The translations under genes were made by a program, and so were the position numbers. From NCBI GenBank assembly GCA_035250975.1, contig DATFEP010000074.1, forward strand, positions 1 through 30,625: a DNA stretch of 30,625 nucleotides, in the 5' to 3' direction. The DNA is from Nitrososphaeraceae archaeon. Its GTDB lineage: Archaea; Thermoproteota; Nitrososphaeria; Nitrososphaerales; Nitrososphaeraceae. Within the stretch, counting starts at the first letter, position 1. Each line of letters opens with the position of its first letter. The notes beneath the pieces are model-generated. The model did no database searches. It saw only the letters and a program-made list of their open reading frames with translations, and was not told where the DNA came from. This document shows, piece after piece, positions 8,865 through 18,620 of the stretch.

Positions 8865-10400
8865 ATGATTGATATTTCGTCAACACCAATATTGATAATA
8901 ATACTGTTAGGCACAGTAGGCCTTATTATACCTGTTATTGACGCTATTAGAAAAGAAAAAGGAAGGAACAAGAACAAGCTATTTAGTGCAATAACCTTTG
9001 GAACCCTAATACTTTCCATACTTTTAGTCATTTCTAGAGTAATTGGAGGAGAACCACTGCCTGCGATGAACCTTGGTGCAGATGTTGTCGCAGACGACAT
9101 GTTTGGATCTTTCTTCGCAATTACATTGCTGATTGTCTCAATAATGGTTTCAGCGTCATCTTGGAACTATATTCGAGGCATATCCAATCCTGCCTCTTAC
9201 TATTCTCTGATCTTGTTATCCACTATAGGTATGGTTCTAATAGCCTACTCAACCGACCTTGTAATGTTATTTATTGCCTGGGAATTGATGTCTATTCCTA
9301 CTTATGCTCTTGCGGCATATGCAAAGAAAGATCCTATTTCCAACGAGGCCGCAATAAAATATTTCATGTTCGGAGCTCTTTCTTCTGCTTTGATTGTGTT
9401 GGCAATAGGCTTCGTATATGGTGCTACAGGAACGACAAATATTGGGGAATCCATGAAAGTATTGGCTGATACTGTATCTCAATCTGGACCGGGACAACTC
9501 ATTGGTGGAGTTATACCAATTTCATATCTTGCAATAGGTATGCTTATTGCTGGTTTCGGCTTCAAGATGGGTCTTGTTCCATTTCATATGTGGCTTCCAG
9601 ACACATATGAAGGCGCTCCAACAACAATAGGTGCCTTGCTAGCCGCTGGTACCAAAAAAGCGGGTTTTGCCGCAACAATACGTGTAGTAATAATTGGGAT
9701 GTTTGTAATTGGTCTAGACTGGAGTTTTGTCCTGGCGATTTTGGCAATAATTACTATGACTATTGGAAACTTAGGAGCATTACTACAGAAAAGTGTTCCA
9801 AGGATCATGGCATATTCCAGTATCGCCCAAGCTGGTTACATAATGATAGGTTTGGCAATCGCACCCTATTCAGCAATGGCATTAGACGGCTCGCTTTTTC
9901 ATATTCTAAATCATGCCGTAATGAAATCCGTTGCCTTTCTTGCGATTGCTGCCGTTGCTATAGGACTTGCAAGTTATAGTCTGGATAAATACATGGGCCT
10001 TGGCAAGCGAATGCCCCTGACGGCAATAGCACTTACTATTTCTTTGTTAGCATTGGCTGGAGTTCCTCCTTTAAACGGATTCTGGAGCAAATTGGTTCTT
10101 TTTGAATCAGCTATTGATAGCGGTACCGTAATATCGTGGGGTCCGTATCTTGCCATAGCTGGAGTATTAAATAGTGCACTATCACTTGGATACTATTTAT
10201 GGATAATTAGAAAAATGTATCTAGATGAAAGTAACGATATGTCAAGAATTAAAGAACCAAAAGTAATACTGGCTGTCCTGATATTTGGTATGATCTTTAT
10301 GGTAGGATTTGGAATATGGCATGCTCCGTTGTTGGAATTTGCATCACTTTCTTCTCCACCTCCATTTGATCAAATTTTAGCTCAGGTTGGCGGAAAATAA
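8865..10400 (+). CDS. nuoN: Complex I antiporter-like subunit N
   Basis: SNEAAIKYF, GFKMGLVPFHMWLPDTYEGAP, AYSSIAQAGY and SLAGVPPLNGF-like motifs. Confidence 0.95.
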   Translation: MIDISSTPILIIILLGTVGLIIPVIDAIRKEKGRNKNKLFSAITFGTLILSILLVISRVIGGEPLPAMNLGADVVADDMFGSFFAITLLIVSIMVSASSWNYIRGISNPASYYSLILLSTIGMVLIAYSTDLVMLFIAWELMSIPTYALAAYAKKDPISNEAAIKYFMFGALSSALIVLAIGFVYGATGTTNIGESMKVLADTVSQSGPGQLIGGVIPISYLAIGMLIAGFGFKMGLVPFHMWLPDTYEGAPTTIGALLAAGTKKAGFAATIRVVIIGMFVIGLDWSFVLAILAIITMTIGNLGALLQKSVPRIMAYSSIAQAGYIMIGLAIAPYSAMALDGSLFHILNHAVMKSVAFLAIAAVAIGLASYSLDKYMGLGKRMPLTAIALTISLLALAGVPPLNGFWSKLVLFESAIDSGTVISWGPYLAIAGVLNSALSLGYYLWIIRKMYLDESNDMSRIKEPKVILAVLIFGMIFMVGFGIWHAPLLEFASLSSPPPFDQILAQVGGK

Positions 10401-10650
10401 TTTACAAAAATCGCTCGTTTTATTTTTAGTACCGAAATTTATTGGTCAAAATACGGGAAACAAAAAAGATAACAAAAAGGAAACTGAAATTAATATATAT
10501 AAATGTCTAAAATATAAAAATGGGATGTTAAAAGAATTGCAATTTTATATTTTATCAAAAAATTATTAGAATAGATGATCCAATTTAAGATAATCTTGTA
10601 AATTTATGAATATTCCCTAATTTAATTAGGGAGTAATTGGGAAGAAACTT

Positions 10651-11643
10651 TTAAAATGATATCATATTCAAATTTGTTAATTCTTCTAATTGGTGTCTAA
10701 GTCTTTTCGTTAATTTACTTTCAACATTATTTGTTACCAAGTTTAACTCGTTCTTTGATTTGATTGAATAAGATCTATATAAGTTTTCCATTCTTTTTAC
10801 AATTAGATTAGAGTGATTATTCTGTTTCATTAGTAGATTAAATAATCTATCCTCATTATTCCAATCGTCCAGGTCATCATGAATTTGATATGCAATACCC
10901 ATGAGATTACCAAAATTTCCCATAGCTTGGATCTCATTTTCGTTTCCACCTCCAAGAATGGCTCCAATTCTTGCAGAGGATTCAAATAATGAGGCTGTCT
11001 TATTTTCTAGTACCTTGATATAATCGTCTTCTGTAATGCTATTATCTTTGTTCAATCTAATTTCCATTATTTCTCCTTCGCTCATTCTTATCGCAGCATT
11101 TGCTATTTCAGAAGCAATTTGAGGATTATTCAGTTTTGAAGTAATATTTAAAATAATTCCCAAAACAAAATCTGCAGTCAATATGCTATTATTATACCCA
11201 TATTTTACATGAAAGGAAGGTTTACCTCGCCTTACTTCATCTTCATCAATAATGTCATCATGTATGACAGATTCAGTATGTAGAAGTTCAATCGCAGCGG
11301 CTGCAAGGTAGGTATTTTCGTCTATTTTTGATTCAATAGTATCTGAATATCTTGTTGAGATATTATTGTCCAATCTTCGATCCCTGATAGTCACTTGGTT
11401 ACTGTTTGATTGAGAATTCTTTGATGCAATTATTTCAGAAGATAATACCAATATCAGCGGACGTATCCGCTTTCCTCCCTCGCAGGCATATTTTAAAGGA
11501 GAATAAAACTCCGACCATGAATATAGATCTAGTTCTCTTTTTAAAATAGTGTTAATTCTTAAAAGAAAATCACCGAACTGTTCCGTCAATGGATTCACTG
11601 ACTTTCGGTCCATGTTGTTACTACCAGTAGAATTCTCATCCAA
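10651..11643 (-). CDS. Trans-isoprenyl diphosphate (polyprenyl) synthase
   Basis: GGKRIRP, first Asp-rich motif HDDIIDEDEVRRG, KTASLF and second motif YQIHDDLDD. The TTG start is uncertain. Confidence 0.9.
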   Translation of the reverse strand: MDENSTGSNNMDRKSVNPLTEQFGDFLLRINTILKRELDLYSWSEFYSPLKYACEGGKRIRPLILVLSSEIIASKNSQSNSNQVTIRDRRLDNNISTRYSDTIESKIDENTYLAAAAIELLHTESVIHDDIIDEDEVRRGKPSFHVKYGYNNSILTADFVLGIILNITSKLNNPQIASEIANAAIRMSEGEIMEIRLNKDNSITEDDYIKVLENKTASLFESSARIGAILGGGNENEIQAMGNFGNLMGIAYQIHDDLDDWNNEDRLFNLLMKQNNHSNLIVKRMENLYRSYSIKSKNELNLVTNNVESKLTKRLRHQLEELTNLNMISF

Positions 11644-11748
11644 GTACGATAACTTAGGTCTAGATTTAAAATTATTAGCATATTAATGCTACTATGGAAT
11701 TGAATCTGGAAAGCTCGAAATATGAGAATATGGTTTAATCTAAAATCT

Positions 11749-11840
11749 TGCTCCGGCCGGGATTTGAACCCGGGATCTGCGACTCGAAAGGCCACAATGC
11801 TTGACCGGACTATGCAGCATAGCTACTACACCACCGGAGC
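11749..11840 (-). tRNA. tRNA-Glu(TTC) with 16-nt intron at position 15/16
   Basis: Reverse complement folds as GCTCCGG/CCGGAGC acceptor, GTGGC-CT TTC GA-GTCGC anticodon arm and CCGGG-TTCAAAT-CCCGG T arm. Removing 11810-11825 restores the normal D loop AGTCCGGTCAA. Confidence 0.93.
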
Positions 11841-11865
11841 ATGCAAAACTTTCTTGTTTGGATTC

Positions 11866-11880
11866 TAATAAAATCTTTTC
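11866..11880 (-). promoter_or_regulatory. Putative BRE-TATA promoter of tRNA-Glu
   Basis: Minus strand GAAAAGA-TTTTATTA, about 26-40 nt upstream of the tRNA 5' end. Confidence 0.5.
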
Positions 11881-11957
11881 TTAATAGGTAAAACCTTCTT
11901 TTAATAAAAAATAAAATTCAAAAGGTTTTTCTATTCTCTATTGGATTAAATCAATAT

Positions 11958-12716
11958 ATGAAAACCCACGATAATAACTTGCCATTTCCAAATAATTTAA
12001 TGTTTGTTATTGAAGAGATTGACTATGAGATTGAACAAAGAAGTTTACTTAAACATCCTTTTTATACAATGTGGACAGAAGGAAAATTGACTATTGATCA
12101 TCTACGAGGATATTCAAAAGAATATTTCCAGTTGGTAAAAGCAGTACCAAAATTCGTAGAAAATATTTATTACAATGGGTCTACTCAATTGTCAGTTGAT
12201 AATGTTATTTTAGATCAGGAAATTAATGATTATAGAACCAAATACTTGGAAAATATTAAACAGGTGCAAATAGAAGAATCTGAACATATTGAACCGTGGA
12301 TCAATTTTGCTCTTTCATTGGGATTAACTAGAAAGGAAATAATTGAATATGATGGAACAAAAAAGGTTAATCAAGCAATAAATAAGTTAGAAAAATTATC
12401 CTCTTTTTCTTTTCTGAGTGGAGCTGCTACAATGTATTCCTTTGAAAAAGAAATTCCAAAAATAAGTTCTATCAAAATAGATGGCTTGGATAAGTTTTAC
12501 GGAATCAATAGCGATGTTGCTGTCAACTACTTCAAGATTCATCAGACTGCAGATATAAAACACGCAAAGCTCTGGGAAACTATTATGACTAATTCAAATA
12601 TACATACACTAAATGATGGACTAGAAAACGATGACATAATTAATACAGCAATGCAATCATTGCAATTGCAAAATCTTATTCTCGATTCTGTATATGAAAA
12701 ATATGTGTGTAGTTAA
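11958..12716 (+). CDS. Heme-oxygenase-like diiron protein, CADD/PqqC/TenA superfamily (CADD-type)
   Basis: HPFY..W..G.L, EE.EH...W, YSFE..IP, KI.GL and YF..H...D..H match the Chlamydia CADD motif pattern, as recalled from memory. Confidence 0.8.
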   Translation: MKTHDNNLPFPNNLMFVIEEIDYEIEQRSLLKHPFYTMWTEGKLTIDHLRGYSKEYFQLVKAVPKFVENIYYNGSTQLSVDNVILDQEINDYRTKYLENIKQVQIEESEHIEPWINFALSLGLTRKEIIEYDGTKKVNQAINKLEKLSSFSFLSGAATMYSFEKEIPKISSIKIDGLDKFYGINSDVAVNYFKIHQTADIKHAKLWETIMTNSNIHTLNDGLENDDIINTAMQSLQLQNLILDSVYEKYVCS

Positions 12717-12836
12717 AGATTATCTTTTTATTGTTTAGGATAAATATTATCTGCAGAAAAAAGATAAAAATAACTTAGATAAACTTAAAATTTTTATATC
12801 CAATGAATTTTGATACTATTAAAGTATAAAAAATTT

Positions 12837-12910
12837 GGGCCTATAGCTTAGCCTGGCAGAGCGACCGGCTCATAACCGGTAGGTCAAGGGTTCAAACCCC
12901 TTTAGGCCCA
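12837..12910 (+). tRNA. tRNA with CAT anticodon, most likely tRNA-Ile2(CAT) (agmatidine-modified)
   Basis: GGGCCTA/TAGGCCC acceptor, ACCGG-CT CAT AA-CCGGT anticodon arm, AAGGG-TTCAAAC-CCCTT T arm. The GGG start is Ile-like, whereas archaeal initiator starts AGC and elongator Met starts GCC. Confidence 0.88.
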
Positions 12911-13879
12911 TGAAAATTTAAATACCCGGCCTGTTTATAAGCAAGCACAATTATTCAAATTGCCTCAATAAGACTTTCAGTTTCGACAAAAATACTAACT
13001 ACTAGAGTAGACCGTTATGATAAGACACTATCATGTTGCAAGAGAATCCTTTTTACGTGGAATGCATCAGGAACAAAAAGATAATGGTCAATAAGATTCT
13101 CGGTATTTCTAGACTATCTGAAACTTGAATGTTCATCTATTGAATAAAAAGTAGTAAAATTTTATGACGTAATCCAAATCAAAAAAAGACGGAACTACCA
13201 GACTTCAAGACCCGGACCATATCTTTTGATTTTAGTTTTTTCTAAGTTCATTTTTATAATATTTTAGTAATTTGTATCTATTTAATTTTGTAGTACATAG
13301 ACCCACTTTTTGGGATAAATATTTTATTTTTAATTGCTTGCTGTCCTCATAGGATTCCAATTTCTGCCCTATCCTTGATTTTCTATTGGTCTTACTGTTG
13401 ATAATTAGTAAATCTTATACTAAATTTGCAGGGGGTAATAATATCATATGTAGAAAATTTGCTGTTTGTATCTTTGAGTGTGTTTGGTATTCAATTATCA
13501 GAAAGGAGCTTTTTCGCGCATTAATACATGTCTATCTCTATCCTGGGATAGACATTTCCCAAATAAATAGTGTAAAAATTTTGTATTTGTTCTTAGTTCG
13601 ACGAGCAGACACACGTTTCAATGATTTTTATAAATTTCTTATTATTTTTTCATATTGAATTTAAGTGTATTTTGTCATAACATATGTTATATTTTCTTGT
13701 TCTGCAGGAATAAGAGGTTTTTTATTATACCGCCGAAACTTTACCTTACAGGTTATTTATAAGCAATATTTGCTAATCAACTTCCATATGGAGACAAAAT
13801 TTATTTACTATATAATAAAGTGGATAATCTATAGTCAATACTATAAATGTTAATATCGTTTAAGGTCTGATATTATTAT

Positions 13880-14434
13880 ATGTCTTCCCAAAAAGATAAT
13901 ATAAAAGAAACTACCAACAAAGTTAAAGAATCATCTGACAAATACATCGAACAACAAAACCAACAAATCAATGATACCGCAGCTAATTTATCAGACACAA
14001 CAGAAAATATTAATGAAAGAGTAAGTAGATTTCAAGAAGATAATAGAAGAATATTCGAAAAGAATGTAGATACGTTCAGGAAATATCAAGAACAAATCAG
14101 CAAAACTTCACAGGAAATATCAAATAACTCCGTAGAATTACAAAAAAATATCATTAATACATATCAAACATCGTACGTTCAATTCTTAGACAACATCTCA
14201 AAGTCATACTGGCAAAATTTCAAGATTCCAGAAAGATACTCTGAAACATATAATTCATTAAACAAAAATATACAGGATGGTACAGTCAACGCAACAAATT
14301 TGATAAACGAGGTTATAGTAGGCAGTGTGGAAAATTTCAATAAAACATTAGAACTCACACAAAGGTATTATAACGATATTTTACAAAATAACTTTAATTA
14401 CGCAAGGAAAATAGAAAGATCGTATAACAGATAA
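13880..14434 (+). CDS. Q/N-rich helical hypothetical protein (Nitrososphaeraceae expanded family, phasin-like)
   Basis: 184-aa ORF, amphipathic helical pattern, no Cys; TTAATAT about 27 nt upstream; T-run after the stop; two paralogues in this window. Confidence 0.8.
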   Translation: MSSQKDNIKETTNKVKESSDKYIEQQNQQINDTAANLSDTTENINERVSRFQEDNRRIFEKNVDTFRKYQEQISKTSQEISNNSVELQKNIINTYQTSYVQFLDNISKSYWQNFKIPERYSETYNSLNKNIQDGTVNATNLINEVIVGSVENFNKTLELTQRYYNDILQNNFNYARKIERSYNR

Positions 14435-15026
14435 ATAAAAATTCATTTTTTTTCTTTTTATCAATAGCCAATAATGATATTATTGCCTTTGCATTTTTAA
14501 GCATTTTTAATAATCTAGAACATAATTTGTCAAATTTACGCAAATGTATGCATTATTGAAATCTTCCATGACCCGTGAAACCTGAAATATATTTCGTAGG
14601 TAGCATTCACATAGACAGAAATTAAAAAATTTGTTTTTTTGTCTACAATACGGTATCATTTATCTTTCTCTTTTCAGCGATCAATTATTTCTATTTTTAG
14701 ATGTATATATTCAGATTCACTATATCAAATATTATAGCCAGCGTGAATTATATGACCTCAGTATTTTTTACCCATGAATTAAATATTTTGCGAAAAAGTT
14801 TTCTTTTTTTTGAAAAATTAATATCAAAATTAAGACTTCGTCTGATTCAATACAGTTGCATATTCATAGTATCCTGAGGTGCCTAGCATATCAGAATGTT
14901 TATCATGATAAGGCGAAATTCTCGCGCATTATAAAATAAAATCATAAATGTATAAAGGTTGGAATGTATTGCTATTAATTTTTAGGCTGTTAAAATCCTG
15001 TACACCCACTGCTTATAAGTAAGAAT

Positions 15027-15581
15027 ATGCAGAATTATGTATTGATATCTGAACGAATCTTGAACCATAGAATATCAAAGAAGATAAACAATATTGAAAA
15101 AGATATCAAAAAAAAGGAGGAGAATTCTGAATTGGAATGCCAACATTTTTTGAACAACAAATTAGGAAATCCTATTATCTACCGGGGCAAAAATCAAAAA
15201 ACTATACGATCATCAAATGTTCAAGACGTTAATGTCACACAAGATAAAAAAGAAATTGTTAGGACAGTCAGAGAGATTGCAAACTACTACATAAAACTTC
15301 ACTTGGATATGATTAGCACTTATAACTCGGTATATTCAAATTTATTACAGGAAATTTCCGATTCCTCATTGGATTATTTTCCTATCAATAAAAGTCTTAC
15401 ACATTGTATGTTCGACGACACGAATAGGTATGCCAGTTTAATTAGTAATACAGGTAACATACAAAAATTTTTAGACTATATTATGACCAAAAATTTGAGT
15501 ACATTTATCAAATCCATGGAAATCACACAAAAATTTTACCAAGACATAATTCAAAGTTATTTGGATTGTGTGAAAAAATAG
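15027..15581 (+). CDS. Divergent paralogue of the 13880 protein
   Basis: EIANYYIKLHLDMISTY aligns with EISNNSVELQKNIINTY; FIKSMEITQKFYQDIIQ aligns with FNKTLELTQRYYNDILQ. Confidence 0.7.
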   Translation: MQNYVLISERILNHRISKKINNIEKDIKKKEENSELECQHFLNNKLGNPIIYRGKNQKTIRSSNVQDVNVTQDKKEIVRTVREIANYYIKLHLDMISTYNSVYSNLLQEISDSSLDYFPINKSLTHCMFDDTNRYASLISNTGNIQKFLDYIMTKNLSTFIKSMEITQKFYQDIIQSYLDCVKK

Positions 15582-16274
15582 ACTGCTTATGAAATAGTTT
15601 AATTTTGGTTTACAACCTAAACCTAATCATTATTCTTAGAGGATCAAGTAATAGTTCTTAATTTTAAATATAATTCGATTATTTAATAGCAACATAGAAA
15701 TTGCAAATTATTCCTAATGGTAGATGTGTACTTACTGCAATTGCATAATATTTAACATTTCTCACATATTCGCTGAATCTCATCATGAATGTCTATATTC
15801 TAATACCTGTCATCAACTGAATGTAATCTATCAAGAAAATTCTCAGTAATTCTAAAATTACCAACAGTTAGATTAGGATCTAGTTGTGGAAGGATTGCTC
15901 CCAGCTTATTTGAAATTTGAAGTTGTGAAAACTTGTTAAATTTTTCAGATTATGATATTGCTTATTCGTGAGCACCCAAACCTCTTATATGTGGTCTAAG
16001 TTCAGAAGCTTTAAGAAAATAAAATTCTTAGGTCTTGCCTTATGCATGCTGATAAATCATTATTTTGTTTTGTTTTATCTATAGGATATTTCCCTAAATG
16101 GTTGAATCCATTTCTACCGTATCACGGATTTGAAAATAATAGGAAAGATTTTTTTTGACTGTTATATAAAATAAAGCATAACCAACTTTTTCTAGGCGAT
16201 GTGTGTAACTACAACCAGAATAACAAATAATCTTTGACAAAGGTTTTTTGGTTGGACGCTCTTATTAAATTTTA

Positions 16275-16511
16275 ATGCCCAAGGCATATATCTTAATTAA
16301 CTGTAAATCAGGTAATGAGACGCATGTTGCCGATAGTATTAAATCAATAGAGAATGTACTGACATGTAGTATAGTTTATGGCGTATATGATATCATAGTT
16401 GAAATATTATTTGACAAAATTAGTGATCTAGAAGCCATAATTCAAAAAAGGATAAGAAAAATTAGCAACATACAGTCTACTATGACATTGATTCCTTTTG
16501 ATTTTAATTGA
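16275..16511 (+). CDS. Stand-alone Lrp/AsnC ligand-binding (RAM) domain protein
   Basis: AYILINC..G.E, VYGVYDIIV and IRKI..I.STMTL motifs; 78 aa with no HTH. Confidence 0.9.
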   Translation: MPKAYILINCKSGNETHVADSIKSIENVLTCSIVYGVYDIIVEILFDKISDLEAIIQKRIRKISNIQSTMTLIPFDFN

Positions 16512-16697
16512 GCTATTTGATTTTATATTTTTGTTATAAGTGAACCATTTTTGTTTCTACTCATCAAAATTTATTTTACTTATAATCCAATCAATTTAAA
16601 GGCAACCAACCCAGATAATATATTAATTGGTTCAATTGTCTTTTCCTCTAACTCGTTCTTCCTAATACATTTAGCTAACTTATCCTAGTCATATTTT

Positions 16698-16983
16698 GTG
16701 AACTCCAGAGAGTACAAGGAGTATTTAGTAAAAAGCAGTGAGCTACTGCATGATATTGACGTAATTGATAACTAGCATATTGAATGCAAGATAAGAAAAA
16801 ATAAAGGGAATGTTCGTATATCGAGATTCGTTTATTAATCATGTTATTTGGGTACATGAGAGCATATCTTCATTTATCATATGGACGAACAGATAGAAGG
16901 TGTAGTACTGCATGCATGCTTGCCACATACTAGCATCAATTCCTGATTATGACAGGATTTTCAGAAGAATATCAATAAATTAG
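16698..16983 (+). pseudogene. Degraded IS5-family (IS903-like) transposase N-terminal relic
   Basis: Fragments across stops and frameshifts read EYKEYLVKSSELLHDIDVIDN*, MLFGYMRAYLHLSY, QIEGVV and SIPDYDRIFRRI. They match the recalled YNxxLVxRGE...LGYMRAYFHLPYRQTEG...PDYSxIxRR pattern. Confidence 0.6.
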
Positions 16984-17383
16984 TGGATCATGCGTTAGAA
17001 CATATTTTAAAAAAGTGAATGTTAAAACACAACAAATTCTATTGTGGCATAGTAATTTAAAAGTTACAATTTTTGTCGTAATTAGTATGGAATTAATGTT
17101 TTGGGAAACACATCAGCATTTGGATATTAGTAAAAATATAAAAACAAGTTATTTGAAACTCTTTGAAATTGATTGGATAAATATTGAAATCGGTTTAAAC
17201 CCATCAGATTTATGGATTGTTAAGATAATTACATATCAACAAATCTAACCAAAAAACCTGATGTGTCAAATTATTATAATTGTTCTGCAAATTTTGACAT
17301 TCTCATACGCAGATGTTGAAATATGAAGTAGTTAATCGAATACGGTGACTGTCTTTATAAAGTTTAGATATGTAAAGAATTGG

Positions 17384-17626
17384 TTATTTTGAAGAATAAT
17401 TAAAAACATGAGTAGACTCTAAATTTCTTTCAATCCAATCAACCAATTTCTCCTGATCTTCGGGTTCTAATTCATTTATAGGTGACCCATAATCAGATCC
17501 CATTACTACATAACACATATAACCAAATATATTTTCTACATCTGCAATTTTATCAAATAACAATTTGATGTTTTTATCTATTTTAATATCCTGACGAACT
17601 GCAGTAAAGGATAATCCTTCTCGCAT
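17384..17626 (-). CDS. Hypothetical protein (possibly frameshifted from an upstream ATG at 17694)
   Basis: 80-aa protein-like ORF; an out-of-frame coding-like segment MQLNPEYKKVFDSDSISDYQD lies immediately upstream. Confidence 0.45.
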   Translation of the reverse strand: MREGLSFTAVRQDIKIDKNIKLLFDKIADVENIFGYMCYVVMGSDYGSPINELEPEDQEKLVDWIERNLESTHVFNYSSK

Positions 17627-18422
17627 ATCAAATCTTGATAATCACTTATACTATCTGAATCAAAAACTTTTTTATATTCAGGATTAAGTTGCATAAATAT
17701 GACTACAATTTTTTCATTCGTAGATGCGAATATTTGTAAAAAATAAAGTCCTATTTATAAAATAGGCTATTATATTTTCTTTCCCTCCAATATTCTTAGA
17801 CAAATTTACAATCTACATATTTAATTGAAAATAGAACTGATCTATATGCTCCAGAATTATTTCGGAAAGATAATCTAATATGAGAGAAAAGTGTCAATTA
17901 TTTAGGATAAATATGCTTAGGATAAGATTAAGTGATTCGTTTTTATTTTTATCAAGGACATTGAATTTATATTTTCATCAGCAATTAAAATTGAAATTCA
18001 AAAATAAAAATCAGTTTTGAATATTTTAAAGTGAAGATCTCGATTGTAGAAATTTTAAATATCTAATTTTAATACAACTAGTATAAATAAAACTCAGTAT
18101 AAACCATCTATTTCATCACCAAACAGTCTTTTCATGATCCAAAAAATACTTTTATTTATCTTACATTGATCGTAAATTTACACTGTTGTCGTAATCACTT
18201 TTTATTATTTTATATATTCCCATTTATCCAAATAAATAGATCGTCGTACTTGAAGTTGTAATACTCGATTTCTTCTTCAGTTTGTCTGTAACAAGTATAC
18301 AATTGCCTTCCCTATCATTTCTTTAACTACTACAACTACTGACGATGTCTTTATATTTATTAAATCTAGAATTTTGTTGTTATTCCAGCCACTTTTTTGA
18401 CTAGAACGATCTACGCAAAAAT

Positions 18423-18620
18423 TTAATGTCTTGACTGTTTCTTCTTTTCTCCTTTACCTGAATGTGCAATTTTTTTATGAATATTCATTCGGTCTTTGTT
18501 ATCAAATTCCATCTTACATATCTTACATTTGAAAATGTGTTGATCATCTTTGGTTTTATACAACTTTTCTTTAAATTTAAATAAATTTAAGATTTTGGAT
18601 CTACCTTTATCTTTAGACAT
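18423..18620 (-). CDS. Small C2H2 zinc-finger protein
   Basis: FKCKICKMEFDNKDRMNIHKKIAH fits F-x-C-x2-C-x3-F-x8-H-x4-H. Confidence 0.8.
   Translation of the reverse strand: MSKDKGRSKILNLFKFKEKLYKTKDDQHIFKCKICKMEFDNKDRMNIHKKIAHSGKGEKKKQSRH

Noticed and set aside
1998-10156. Many 60-135 aa antisense or alternate-frame ORFs within the nuo operon
   Set aside because: Shadows of hydrophobic membrane-protein genes, with no motifs.
10387-10569. 60-aa ORF after nuoN
   Set aside because: AT-rich, overlaps the nuoN end, no motif.
11595-11795. 66-aa minus ORF
   Set aside because: Overlaps tRNA-Glu and the prenyltransferase start.
13185-13230. Minus-strand MVRVLKSGS resembling a methyltransferase RVLKPGG motif
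   Set aside because: Too short, and no SAM-binding motif could be reconstructed upstream.
13386-13853. Two plus-strand ORFs (90 and 62 aa)
   Set aside because: I/F/Y-rich composition typical of random AT-rich DNA; TTG/GTG starts.
17015-17248. 77-aa plus ORF
   Set aside because: No recognisable motif or supporting signal; left uncalled.
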